Assembly: GCA_950097015.1 (NCBI GenBank)
Contig: CATNEN010000008.1
Location: forward strand, 2,542,001-2,606,000
DNA length: 64,000 nucleotides
Direction: 5' to 3'
Source: Macrostomum hystrix
Lineage: Eukaryota; Animalia; Platyhelminthes
A program made the position numbers and the translations under genes. Shown here one piece after another: positions 1 to 12,828 of this stretch; positions within the stretch are counted from its first letter, which is position 1, and each line of letters opens with the position of its first letter. The notes beneath the pieces are model-generated. The model saw only the letters and a list, made by a program, of their open reading frames with translations. It had not been told where the DNA came from and ran no database searches.

Positions 1-239
1 TAACAGTGAAGTAGCAGTAGTATAAAACCCGAAAATATCTATCTATCACGATATGGTAGTGTGCTGTAGCTTGAGTGTGAATAAATATTTTGCCGATTTA
101 TCACAAAATTCTCACTCTGAACTCAACACAAAATCTCATGATCTCATATCTGATATCTCTTTTAACTCATATTTAACCCTCCTAGTCTCTGAGATCTGTC
201 CTAATCACTGGGATTCTTCCTGATCGCTAAGAGTCTCTA

Positions 240-700
240 CTTATCTAACTGAGAATCTCCACTTATCTCACAGAGAATCTCTCCTTATCTCACAAAGAAT
301 ATCCCCTTGTCTCACAGAGAATCTCTCCTAATCTCACAAAGAATCTCCCTTGTCTCACAGAGAATCTCCCCTTATTTCACAGAGAATCTCCCCTTGTCTC
401 ACAGAGAATCTCTCCTAATCTCACAGAGAATCTCTCCTCATCTTACAGAGAATCTCCCCTTGTCTCACAGAGAATCTCCCCTTATTTTACAGAGAATCTC
501 CCCTTGTCTCACAGAGAACCTCCCCTTATTTCACAGAGAATCTCCCCTTGTCTCACAGAGAATCTCCCCTTGTCTCACAGAGAATCTTGCCTCATCTCAC
601 AGAGAATCTCTCCTTATCTCACAGAGAATCTCTCATTATCTCACAGAGAGTCTCTCATTATCTCACAGAGAATCTCTCATTATCTCACAGAGATCTTTGC
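240..700. repeat. Minisatellite, about 22-bp unit TCTCACAGAGAATCTCYCCYTR
   Basis: Direct tandem repeats; explains the ORFs at 307-790. Confidence 0.9.
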
Positions 701-1379
701 TTATCTTATAGTTATATCTTCCAGAGAGTGTCACAGACGATTGTGTCGGTGAATCATTGTGTTCTTGTCATAAAATGTAGCATCAATTAGTTAAAGTAAC
801 GTTTGAAAAAAATGATAAATAAACGTTTGTTTCTAACAAACTCCACAGAATGTATTGGGACTATAAGAACTTATAACCAAAAACTTTGAGTATTTTTCTG
901 CTGATTAGACCCGCGACAATAACGAATATCTCAAGAAGACAAACAACAGCGCTTCAAATTAATTTCAGGCATTCAGAAAGCTCAGAAAAAAAATTAACAC
1001 GAGGAGTGAAGCATCGGGACAATGTCCACGGACTGGATTTATCAAAAAGAAAAATATATAAAAAACTAGGCATAGCCTGTGCTTATACAACGCATGAAGT
1101 ATAAAGTAAACCAATAGACCGGATGGCATTGTGAACAATTGGGGGAATTGTCTGTTTCGTAACAGCGAATCTATGAGCAGGTGAGAAAAACTGGATAATG
1201 CAACTGAATAACTAATAGCAAACTAAGCGAAATTTTCCGCAAAAAACTGATGCAATAAAGTCTGCCAATGCCAGTTCTTGCTTGCTGATCATTGCCAGGC
1301 AACAAAAAACACTTTGAATTAATTCTTAAGATGAATCCTAGCTTAAGTAACTAAGGTCACGAGAAGAAACTGTTAGCAT

Positions 1380-1600
1380 AGAAATTGCCATAGAAATATA
1401 GTTGCTAACGGGAGTTCCCATAGAAATACAGTTAGTAACGGGAGTTCCCATAGAAATACAGTTAGTAAGGGGAATTCCCATAGAAATACAGTTAGTAACG
1501 GGAGTTCCCATAGAAATACAGTTAGTAAGGGGAATTCCCATAGAAATACAGTTAGTAAGGGGAGTTCCCATAGAAATATAGTTGATAAAGTATTCCTAAA
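1380..1600. repeat. Minisatellite, 30-bp unit GGGARTTCCCATAGAAATACAGTTAGTAAS
   Basis: About 7 tandem copies with degenerate flanks. Confidence 0.9.
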
Positions 1601-2040
1601 TAAGTATAGTTTCTAAGGGGAATCCCAATTGCAATACAGTTTCTCAGGGAAATTTCAATAGAAACACAGTTGCCAAGTGGATATAAATAGACATGTAGTT
1701 GCTACGGGGAATTCCCAAGCAAAGTTGTTAGCCAAGGTGAATTCCCAAATAAATATAGTTGGCTGACTGGCTAAGGGTAATTCCTATAGTAGTCTAGTTG
1801 ATTAGGGAAAATTACGACAGAAAATAGTTGTTAAAGGGGAACAACATCGAAACCGAGTTGCCAAAAGAATCCCAGTTGCTGTAAGAAATTTTACTTAAAA
1901 CAACTTTACGGCCAAAATGAAGCCCCCAGCGAAATTATTGTTAGCAAAAGAAAATGCTTTACGATAACAAGCAGACAGAGAAACAAAAAATTAGTTTTTC
2001 AAGCGTACAACTAGTCTAAACATGGAAAAATCCGTTTTTT

Positions 2041-5000
2041 TCATTCGGCCAGCGATGCTGATGTAGCAGCGGCGGCGCCAGAAGTGCCAGCCTTGGCTGT
2101 CGGGGTCGGCAGGCCTAGCAGTTCGCACAGGCGATTGCGCACTGGCCGGACCTTCTCGAGGCTGTCCTCCCAGCTGGTCTCGAGCAGAAGGCTGCTCACC
2201 TGCGAATTGAGGAGTGGGTGGTTTTCACGTTAGACAGGGAAACCCCAACTAAACTATTTATAGACAGGGAAATCCCAACCGAACTATTTATATACAGGGA
2301 AATCCCAACCGAACTATTTACAGACAGGGAAATCCCGAATTTAGATATCAGATAGGGAAATCCCAGGGGTGAGTAACCGAGCAGACTGTCGCACAAAATT
2401 TATTGAGCTCGAATCCACTGCAAGATTACATTTATTTGGATGGAGAGAAGGCGTGGAAAGAAGGCTTGGTGGCTTGTCACCAATGGCTAACCTCCATTGG
2501 GGGTCAGAGCACACCTGTATGAGGGCATGCTTGCGTAATGTATCAGTGGGCTTGTGAGTGCTAATGGGTCACTGGAATGAACGTACAAATTTTCCTCCTC
2601 GCCAGCTGTGGGTTTATTATCACCATATAATGCGCGCTCAAAGCCGGGGCTAAAAATCACTGCATCATTTTTGTGTTTAGATTTGCTGACTACTCGTACA
2701 CTAGTTAGTCAGCAAATCTAATAGTAAAACTAAACAAAGAAATCTCTTTGCTAAAATTGCTAAAGGTAGGGGAAACCTGACGCTAAAATTTTACAGGAGG
2801 ATCCAAATGAGAAGTATAGACTGGGAATTTGCAATGCTAAAAATGGAGAGGAGAATCCCAATGATAAAAATACGGAAGAACCCAGATGAAAAAACTTAAA
2901 TAAATGAATCCCCAAAAAAATAATGCTGGGCAGGGGAATCCTTATGCTAAAATTAGAGAGGGAATCCCCAGGCTAAAATTAGACGGAATCCTCAGACTCA
3001 AGTTCGACAAGAAATCCCACTAACAAATTAGGAGAATTCAAGTGCTAACACAAAAATCGAATCTCAATAATAAATCTTGGTTTTTTATTATAAAAATTTC
3101 GCCGACCTGATCCACAACATCGGCTGGCACCACGGAGTCAAACAGCAGCACGGCTTCGTAGAGCTTCGAAGCTGCGTTGCGCCGAACAACCGGATATTTA
3201 TGGCCCAGATGTAGCATCAGAGGCTTGAGCGCACGTCCCGCAGACGGGAACTGCAGAACGGCAGTTAGAGTGTCCTGAGCAGTGAGCAGTTTGCTCCAAT
3301 TGGTACTCCCGGCTACTTCAGTTTTCACCAGATCCACCAGTCTATCTAGCAGACTCTGCGAGTCGGACTCCTGGATCGCTAGCAATCGGTCGGAGACGAA
3401 AGCATCGCGCAGTAGGCAGGTGAGGCTGCGCATCGCTGGCACCGTGAGCCGGTCCTGCCTGGCTCGCTCCTCCATCAGGCGAGCGTGCAAGCGAAGCACC
3501 TCCAGCGGGAAGTCCGGCTCGGTCTGGGACAAATCAGGATTTCAATTTATAAAAATGCGAGGAATATTAGGGAGTGGGCTAGGAGAAATCTAAGAGAGAT
3601 AATGTCCATATGAGAAATTTGTGCCAGGATTGAACTGGGCTAAGATTCTTATCCAGTGGAACACCCGCAGCGAATGCACGGCGTATCCAAAATGTCCATG
3701 GACCGGGGGCCACCACACAAATTCCTACCCCAGCTAATTAATGCTTGAATTCTGTTTTCAGCTCACCTGAGCTCTGTTGGTAACCACGGCCAGCAGAGCA
3801 TCGCTAGCCGCTCGCTCGGTGCTCTCTGTGAGGCCGCCAACGCTGACGACAAGCCCGGTGAGCAGGGCGTACCGGAACCGGGCATTCTGGACGCTGCCCA
3901 GCAGCGGCGTCAAAACTGGAAAGGCGTCGCCCGGCTTGGCCCAATTGAAGGCGCCGATTTTTTCCGGACTTTTCCCTTCGCCGTCGCCTTCGCCGTCGCC
4001 GGTGCAGCCGACGCTGGCCGACTCGCTGGAAGGCAGGCCGGCCAGCACGTGGCGCAGTGGCTCTGGCGTCAGTCGGGCAGGCAGGGAAGCCACAGTGCGA
4101 CTCAAAGCTTCGCCTGCCACGCGACGCATCCGGTCGATCTTCTCGGCCGCCTGTTGAATCAAGCCGCAGAGCAGATCTTCGGCTAGGCCCGGCGACACCC
4201 GGCTGCCAATGTCGGACAGGGACACCAGATCGGCGATGCCACAGAGGGCCGCTTCGCGAGTCAAACTGCCAACGTCGCCGCGCTGGTCGACTGTGTAATC
4301 GGACAGGCCAGCTAGAAGGCAGTGGGCGGCTCGGTCGAACACGCTTAATAGGCGCTTCTCATCCGCTGCTGCGGGACAGCGCAGGACAGCCATGTGGACA
4401 GCGTTAAAGCTCCGATTTCATTCCATTCAGATGCTATTTCACGTCTTCTCTCACGCCTTTAATCCCTTTCCTCTTGTCTATCAACCTTTCTCCTCTCGCC
4501 TATCTCTCGCCTTCAATCTTTCTCTCTCGCCCGTCTCTCACCTTCAATCTTTCTCCTCTTGCCCATCTCTCGCCTTTAATCTTTCTCTCTCGCCCATCTC
4601 TCGCCTTCAATCTTTCTCCTCTTGCCCATCTCTTGCCTTCAATCTTTCTCTCTCGCCCATCTCTCGCCTTCAATCTTTCTCCTCTTGCCCATCTCTTGCC
4701 TTCAATCTTTCTCTCTCGCCCATCTCTCGCCTTCAATCTTTCTCCTCTTGCCCATCTCTTGCCTTCAATCTTTCTCTCTCGCCCATCTCTCGCCTTCAAT
4801 CTTTCTCCTCTCGTTAATCTCTCTCGCCTTTTATCTTTCTCTCTCGCCCATCTCTCGCCTTCAATCGCCCTGACTTTCTCATCTTCAGGTAGTGTATACT
4901 CTCACTGTGCCTTGGAGGTTGGCCCTCCAGCGCGTAAATTGTACAACAAACTCACACGCTCCAAATGAATGTGGTCTCGCCGCGGAATCGAGCTCAGGGA

Positions 5001-8000
5001 TTTTGGTGCGAGAGGAAAACGCGATATACCCCTCTGCCACTGACCCCCTCCTATAATCTCCCCCTCTTGCCCATCTCTCGTCTAAAATCTTTCTCCTCTC
5101 GCTCACTCCTCGTTTCACACAGAAGCTCACCATTGGAAGCGGCCAGTTTGCTAGCTAATCGATTCTTGTCAGCGGCAGCGTAAGCCAGACAGGCTGAAAC
5201 CAGAGCCCTCAGAGCTGCCCGCCTAGCGTAGGCCCAGGTGCGAGTGTCCACACCTGTTAGGTTACCAGCGGCTGCGTCAACTCCTTGACAAATTGAGCAC
5301 TCGGCTAAACAGGTGAAAACTCGCTCGATTAACGGCGCATTGTCACCAGGCGGGGAAGCTGGACAGTAGCAGTAGTATGCGCCCGGCAGTCGGCCAAGAG
5401 CTGAGCAGTGACCAGCTCTGTGAGACTCCTGTGTTGCTGATAGGGCTTCTGAGCAGTACCTAAGGTGACCGAAGAAGGTGAATCATACCTGTCTATTTCT
5501 TTAACAAACAACCATCAGTAGATTCCTAAACAAATCCTATAATGCTTTCACTTCCAAATCCCATCAACGAATTCCCTCACAAATCCCATCAACGAATTCC
5601 CTCACCTCACGAATCCTATTAATACACTCCATTACAAATCCCATCCATGCATTTCCCGAGTTCCCAAAAAAATCCCAAAACTATATTCCTTACAAAATTT
5701 ACTTAATTCGAACCTTTAAAATCCTATTAACACTCGGCATAAAATTTGTTATAGAACAAACAAGAGTTCAATTTTATCACGGAAAATACGCTACCACCCT
5801 GGATTCGATCTCGCGACGCTCTTACAACTTACTTCTTAACTAGACTCGCGTCAACAGGCTGGTCATCGAGAAATGGCGCCAATGCTTCGGCAGCCGCCTC
5901 CTGTACGGCCGCCTCCCGATGGCGCAGGCAGTCGTCAAGAAAGTCGCGCCAGACGGACCGGACTTCAATCGGCACCGGAAAGGGGCGCGCCCGGCACAGC
6001 CGGTCAATCAAGGTGCAGCAGGCCCGCCGCATCAGCTCGCCAGCCAGGCCGCGCATGTAGCCGGCGTTGCTAAGGACGCCGACTAGGCTTAGGACACCAT
6101 TGACCAGATTAGAGTCGATTTTTGAGCGCGCTTGCTCACCGGCTGAGGTTAATGTTTTGGAGAGAATCAGTTCTGAGTTCAATAACACGACTGAACGCCT
6201 TGACTTAAGGTGGGGCATTTTGGGATAGGTATCTGGGATCTGTGATGGACTGTTTATCTGGGATCTGTGATGCACTGTTTATCTGGGATCTGTGACGGAC
6301 TGTCTATCTGGGATCTGTGATGGACTGTCTATCTGGGATCTGTGATGGACTGTCTATCTGGGATCTGTGATGGACTGTCTATCTGGGATCTGTGATGGAC
6401 TGTTTATATGGGATCTGTGATGGACTGTCTATCTGGGATCTGTGATGGACTGTCTATCTGGGATCTGTGATGGACTGTCTATCTGGGATCTGTAACGGAC
6501 TGTCTATCTGGGATATGTGATGGACTGTCTATCCGGGATCTGTGATGGACTGTCTATCTGGGATCTGTGATGGACTGTCTATCTGGGATCTGTGATGGAC
6601 TGTCTATCTGGGATCTGTGATGGACTGTCTATCTGGGATCTGTGACGGACTGTCTATCTGGGATCTGTGATGGACTGTCTATCTGGGATCTGTGATGAAC
6701 TGTCTATCTGGGATCTGTGATGGACTGTCTATCTGGGATCTGTGATGGACTGTCTATCTGGGATCTGTGATGAACTGTCTATCTGGGATCTGTGATGGAC
6801 TGTCTATCTGGGATCTGTGATGCACTGTTTATCTGGGATCTGTGACGGACTGTCTATCTGGGATCTGTGATGGACTGTCTATCCGGGATCTGTGATGGAC
6901 TGTCTATCTGGGATCTGTGATGGACTGTCTATCTGGGATCTGTGATGGACTGTCTATCTGGGATCTGTGACGGACTGTCTATCTGGGATCTGTGATGGAC
7001 TGTCTATCTGGGATCTGTGATGAACTGTCTATCTGGGATCTGTGATGGACTGTCTATTTGGGATCTGTGATGAACTGTCTATCTGGGATCTGTGATGGAC
7101 TGTCTATCTGGGATCTGTGATGGACTGTCTATCTGGGATCTGTGAAGGGCAGCGTTGATCCCGTTGTTATTGATCGAAATGAGCTGACTCGAGATGTCTA
7201 CAAACGCTGGCCTAATTACCTTCACCGAGGGCGTAGAAGCTGTGGGCTAGAGCTAGCACCGCACCGTGCCTGAGGCACAGATCCAGTCCCTGAGCAGACA
7301 AGACTAACTGTGGCAGTTGACTAGCTAGACATTGCTCAGCATCTAGCGGCACTAGGCTACCAAACGTTTCGGCGGCCAGTTCCCTCATAGCCGGATCCCA
7401 ATGGCCCAGCTTGTGCTCAACCAGATGAGCTAGCATTGGTCTGAGATAGGTGACACCGAATTTGGCAACGAACTGGCTGAGGCGCAAGTAGGCGTGGATG
7501 CGATTCCCAACGGCGAAGAAGTCGCAATTAGTGACAATGTCTATGCCGTTTGGAAAGTTGCCCTGCCGACCGACGTGCTCCTGAAAGGCGGCGGCGGCGG
7601 CGCGCCGCACGTTAATCTCCCTGTCAAATAGCGAGGTGACAACCAGAACGGTTGCTATGGAGACGACATGCGGCTGCAGGACGGCAGGATGGTAGGCGCG
7701 AGCGAATGACCAAAGCACGTAGCAGGCGGAGTCGCGCACATTTGAGCCATGATTGCTCTCGCCTGAGCGCTCGTCGTACACCTGCAGATTGCAAGTAGCC
7801 TTAGATGTAGCTACTCATGGTACATGTACTCTGGTTAACAGTAGAAAGACAGAGTGCAATTGATTATACTGTATTGATTATACTGTTAATTTAAACGTCT
7901 CCAAAGAGGTTTATACAGAGCAGTGCTATTTGTCCTTGTCAACTTTTGAAAGTTAGTTTACCGTAAAGGCGGAACATTTTGATTCAGATGGTGGACTTTC

Positions 8001-11000
8001 ACGAAAATCGGTCATTTGTTTAGGTTCGTGGTCTGTCCCCAAAGGGAAAAATAGCGTGGTCTACTCTTAATAACTTTAGAGGCTCATCAGATATTTGTAA
8101 GCGAAAACTCACCAGCGACTCTTTAACAACAGCCAAAACAGCAGGCAGGCGATCTGGCAGCAGTAGGCCTCGCCTAGACAGTTCAGCGGTGGCGAGACAG
8201 GCCCCGTGCCAAGTCTCGTAGCTCTCAAGTTTGTTGAATTTCGACAGCAAAGCATCAACAACCTGATCGGCAAGGGCGCGATTGAGCCTACCGGCTACCC
8301 GGCCGATGCCCTTCGCGGCCGACCAGCGGACAATGCTGTCACGATTGCTCAGGGCGCCTAGCAGATGATCCAGCACAATCTCCACTTCAGGGGCAACTTC
8401 GTACTGCGAATTGTTAAACAAAAATTAGCAATTTACCTCAAAAAGGGAGACTTTAAACAAAGAAAACTGTGGTCCAGATTGACGCCACATAATTGGCTCT
8501 GTATCGTTCACCTTCTGCAATAGCGCTCACTGCACTCTACCTTTCACGGTTAATAAGTGAAGTATCATGACTTTCTGTGCCTCTTCTCCAGTTCTCAACA
8601 CCAACACAATAAATCAGCACAGTTTGCGTCTCTACTATCAGTCAGGCGACCGAGAACGACGTCAGCAGAAGTTCAAACAGTTAAGCCCGAAGCCATCAAG
8701 ATCTGCTCCTTTAAGATGAGCTTCATTGGAAAGGGCATTCCACACACCTGCAAGGAACCACGACGATGGAGAACGCGAAGGCTTTGGTTAAAACTGTTTA
8801 TCCAAGCAGGCCATGTTCTCTTTCTTTATACCTTCGAGCAGGTACACAGTCAAAGCAAACAGCCTGGTCTCATTGTTTTGAGAGTCAGAAATGTGTCGAA
8901 AAACAAAAAGCGACTAAAGAAGGTCTGAAGCCATCAAATAACGATCAAAAGGACACATGCTAATAAGACATCGGTGAGGCTGGCTGTTTTCCGAAGTACG
9001 TATTCTGGGCAGGAGCAGTATTTCCAGCCGCAGACCAGGGCCACAGACGCTTGCTTGCATGCAGGCAACCAATTCTGCGAAAATCGCGTCTGTGATTCGG
9101 TAAGAAGCGTAGCGTCCTCTATGACCCTGCTGAGCTAAATCAGAAAATGCTAAATGAGAAAAGTCATATGCTGCTAGGATGTGTAGATATCCTTGCCTCG
9201 ATGTGCACCACAAGGTCGTTGTCATTAGAAATGCGCGGCTCTCGGACAGGTAGCGTTGTCAGCGCTTTTTCTCTCTCTCCAACCGACAACGTGAATCACA
9301 CTGTAAACGACCAAAATACATTATCTAACTGCCAAGACTCTTTTCGGACAACCTGTCAACTCGTGACAAAGATAAATATATATTGCCAGCCAGGCACGCC
9401 ATCCGAACCCGAGATGCAGACTCGCTTTAGTAAGTTGCCGCTTTGTCTTGCTTATAATGGGTGCCATGGCTGGGCGGACAGTCCGCGGGTCCTGAGCGCC
9501 GAGCCTGGGAATCAGAAAAAAGGGGTGCCGCGTACTGTATTGCTGCTGAACGCAAACAGCAGCCGGGGTGTCCAGATGCCTTGCTGAAGGTGACTGACAT
9601 CGCAGCGTTCCTACACGGGTGCTGGCCACGTGGCGGTGTCCTGAGCCCTGACGCTCCAGATTTGAGAACTTTGTCAGCACTCGTGTATTAGTACCGAGTC
9701 TACTATCGTCTAGGGTGCACCCCTACAACAGCTACTGTTCAGGCCTACAACAGACCAATCCTCACATTATCATCCTGGTCTTCTTCGTCTTCTTCTTTTT
9801 CGTCAGCCGCTCCGCCTGTGGTCGGTTGACTAGGCGCCAGATTAGCAACCAACGATCGATGCCCACGCTTGTAACGCCAAGTGGCTAATTTTTGGGGTAA
9901 AAATATTGCGCCGAGTCGTTGTATGAGCTTAGCGCGCAGCTTATTGAGCAGGGCTTCCGTGTGGCGCGGTAGGCGCTGACAGTGGCGCATAGCGCCAGCC
10001 AGCAAGGATTCAGCGTGGGGCAGAAGATCCTCACGGCGGCCCAGTTTGCACAGCAAGCCGAGACTGCGCAACAGTCCGCAGTGCCTGTACGTGTCCGAAT
10101 AGCTGTCTAGAGGCCAGTTGTCCAGCTGGCCGATAGACCAGGATAGGAAGTCGGCTAGGGGCGCGCCTGGGCGGGTGTGGAACCTGCGGCGAAAATGTTA
10201 AATTGAGATTAAGGTGCTGGTAAAGTCATGATTACTTTATTTCTAATATCCCTGATCCATCAGCTGCTGTTCCCCTGATCCTTCAGCTGCTGTTCCACTG
10301 ATCCTTCAGCTGCTGTTCCACTGATCCTTCAGCTGCTGTTCCACTGATCCATCAGCTGCTGTTCCACTGATCCTTCAGCTGCTGTTCCACTGATCCATCA
10401 GCTGCTGTTCCACTGATCCTTCAGCTGCTGTTCCGCTGATCCTTCAGCTGCTGTTCCCCTGATCCTTCAGCTGCTGTTCCACTGATCCTTCAGCTGCTGT
10501 TCCACTGATCCTTCATCTGCTGTTCCCCTGATCCTTCAGCTGCTGTTCCCCTGATCCTTCAGCTGCTGTTCCCCTGATCCTTCAGCTGCTGTTCCCCTGA
10601 TCCATCAGCTGCTGTTCCCCTGATCCTTCAGCTGCTGTTCCACTGATCCATCAGCTGCTGTTCCCCTGATCCTTCAGCTGCTGTTCCCCTGATCCTTCAG
10701 CTGCTGTTCCACTGATCCATCAGCTGCTGTTCTACAGATTCTTCAGCTTCTATTTCATGAATCCTCTAGTTTTATTTCCTTATCAAACCCTGTTTCACCT
10801 GGCCAGCAGAAAACAGGCCGCTTCCTGCTGCATTCCGCCCTTACAGGCGCATTCCTTAGCTAGGCTAGCAATCTTGTGTGCCACAGGAGTCCTGGGCCCT
10901 GCAGGATCTGGGCCATCAGGTTCAGCAGCGTCAAACCTGGCCAGATCGAACGGTATGAGCACCACATTAGACAGCCATAGAAGCAGGCAGCACATGGCGT

Positions 11001-11430
11001 GCTCAGTCAGCCTGCCCGCTCGTTCGTCAATTAGTTGAAGAATTCTAAGCAAATCCGACGCCTCGTGTGGCATCTTTCTAGCCGATGATTTATAGCCTCG
11101 AGTCTTCAATACCAGATGCATGCAGTGCGCGTTACCGGCTAGCAGGCTGTCCGAAGCTTCCGGCCCGAGTTTGAACCTGAATAAACAGTCGCCTAGCAAC
11201 CGGTCCAGGGCCGGGTCTAGCATGTGGGGCTGCTCCTGGAACTGGTCCAGTGTGTACTTTAGCCGATCCAGTAGCACCTCCATTGCGTGCTCATCGGCGT
11301 GGGCGCGATCTAACCCGACGCCTATTAGTTCCTGAGCTTCGGCGAGCAGCTGGCTGGCGTCCAGTAGACAGCCGGTGTGTACATCGCCGAAGACTTCGTC
11401 GCCGGCTTTGACAGCCGCCGAAGATTTCGC
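2041..11430 (-). CDS. TBCD: Tubulin-specific chaperone D (tubulin-folding cofactor D), 9 exons; no initiator ATG visible
   Basis: Hand-spliced GT-AG exons with consistent phases: 11430-10799, 10183-9766, 8403-8113, 7781-7220, 6142-5833, 5459-5131, 4368-3767, 3523-3107, 2199-2041 (TGA). TBCD motifs: QFQEQPHMLDP, WRYKRGHRSLVANL, DSIVRWSAAKGIGR, NVRDSACYVLWSFARAY, SLFDREINVRRAAAAAFQEHVGRQGNFPNGIDI, DYTVDQRGDVG, LGHKYPVVRRNAASKLYE, VRNRLCELLG. Confidence 0.96.
4480..4870. repeat. Pyrimidine-rich minisatellite, 31/32-bp alternating units, in a TBCD intron
   Basis: TCGCCCATCTCTCGCCTTCAATCTTTCTC repeated. Confidence 0.9.
4888..5050 (-). mobile_element. Short tRNA-derived SINE, family A copy 1
   Basis: A-box-like TGGCAGAGGGG and B-box-like GCTCGATTCC. 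Aligns by eye with 29755-29925 (CTCGATTxCGCGGCGAG.C.CATTCATTT.GAGC and AAGGCACAGTGA). Confidence 0.6.
6225..7145. repeat. Minisatellite, 25-bp unit TCTATCTGGGATCTGTGATGGACTG, in a TBCD intron
   Basis: About 36 tandem copies. Confidence 0.97.
8600..9680 (-). mobile_element. Degenerate 3' portion of a CR1/L2-type LINE in a TBCD intron
   Basis: Frameshifted remnants on the minus strand: LV..RLE/YCS (about 9050-9010) and FAFS/VWNALSNEAHL..DLDGF (about 8790-8700). These resemble the LEYxSxVW and FFSxRVVxxWNxLP motifs of the LINE ORF2 C-terminus. Confidence 0.5.
10250..10745. repeat. Minisatellite, 23-bp unit CTGATCCWTCAGCTGCTGTTCCM, in a TBCD intron
   Basis: About 21 tandem copies. Confidence 0.95.
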
Positions 11431-12313
11431 CTGAAATTAGTTGCGAAGGGATGGATACAGTCTATGTACATTGGGGGTAGAGATTGGATGCGGTGAATGT
11501 ACGTTGAGGGGTAGAGATGGGATACGGTCAATGTACATTGAGGGGACAGATTGGATAGTCTTATGTACATTGGGGGTAGAGATCGAATGCGGTCAATGTA
11601 CGAGTACGTTGTGGGGTAGAGATTCGATACAGCCAGTTTACGGTCAGGGGTGAAGATTGGATATTCCATGTAGATGGAGCGGTAATAGAATCGAGGGGAA
11701 CGAAGCTAATTAATATGCAGAACTAGAATACAAACTACCTACACTAAGACTTAGGAATTTAAGTGTACTATTTGAGTAAGGGACAAAGTCTAATGGGTGT
11801 AATTAACAATAAAGCGAGATCATTGATATTAGTCAATAGTTCGAGAAAGAAGGAGAGAGCACAAAGTTCTAAATTGTAGCTGTAAACTGCTTTAGCCAAT
11901 ATTTTTATTGGCACTTCATTTTTGGGATTAACTAAGTTAGCGCATGCGATCATTTAACTTTTTGATATACCGCTGAATGATGTGTAGAACGTATTTAAAA
12001 AAGATACATATTTCATTTGCCTGACAATGTACTATTTAACTGACGCCAAAACAGCAGAAATAAATAGAATAAACTAACTGCTAATAGAAAAAAAGCAATA
12101 AAACACTATAATTTGAGATTGCTATCCAGATGTTTTCGAATTAAAAAGATATGGCACTGATTATGTCTAGCAAGGTTGGACAACAGCAGCAAGAAAATAA
12201 GAAACGTTGAAAAATGGAGTTTGATTTGTAATTTTTTTATTTTTGAAAAGAAAATTCCTTTTGTGCTTGCACTAGAACTGCGCAACATTGCTTCCTAAAT
12301 AATGATCTGTAAA

Positions 12314-12828
12314 TCAGTGCTTCAATCGTCCAAGAAACTTGTCAATAGCCGATAGTGCTTCGGCTTCGTCCTTATACAGCCTTGTCTGCACCTCCGGGCA
12401 GCCAGCTACCATAGACGACAGGTGCTTGCCGTGCGCCGGCTCGCCATTGTCACCCAATCGGAATAGGCAAAGCGTCGGCTTATTCATAGCAACAGCCTGG
12501 CCAATCTCGTAGCCCACACCCAGCGATGGAATAGTGACTTCGGCAACTAGACAGTCGCACTCGGTTAGCCAGGCCATGTCCTGGCCATAGATTTCAGCAT
12601 CCGATTTCAGCGCCATGTGGGCCATTTTATCCTCCCTGGCCACGTGTTCCGTGAGCACCCGGCCGTGCTGGCACAAGTGCTGCACTAGGCGCTCGTAGAG
12701 ACACGCGTCACCGCGGCCAGCTGCCATGGCGCCGGCAAAATAAATCTTTACCTGTTGTTGCGACTGTAAATTGACAATTGTGATAATGAGAATCTTACTT
12801 CAAATAATAACTGCTGTGTCTTTACCAT
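12314..12828 (-). CDS. DNPH1: 2'-deoxynucleoside 5'-phosphate N-hydrolase 1 (Rcl; nucleoside deoxyribosyltransferase fold)
   Basis: ATG at 12828-12826, a 62-nt intron (12825-12764, GTAAAG...TTTACAG), then exon 12763-12314. This gives MSQQQVKIYFAGAMAAGRGDACLYERLV...GRVLTEHV...IYGQDMAWLTECDCLVAEVTIPSLGVGYEIGQAVAMNKPTLCLFR, which carries the family motifs VLTEHV and AEVTxPSLGVGYE. Confidence 0.9.

Noticed and set aside
6225-7145. Regular repeats resembling CRISPR arrays (here and elsewhere)
   Set aside because: Head-to-tail units with no unique spacers, a eukaryotic context and no cas genes.
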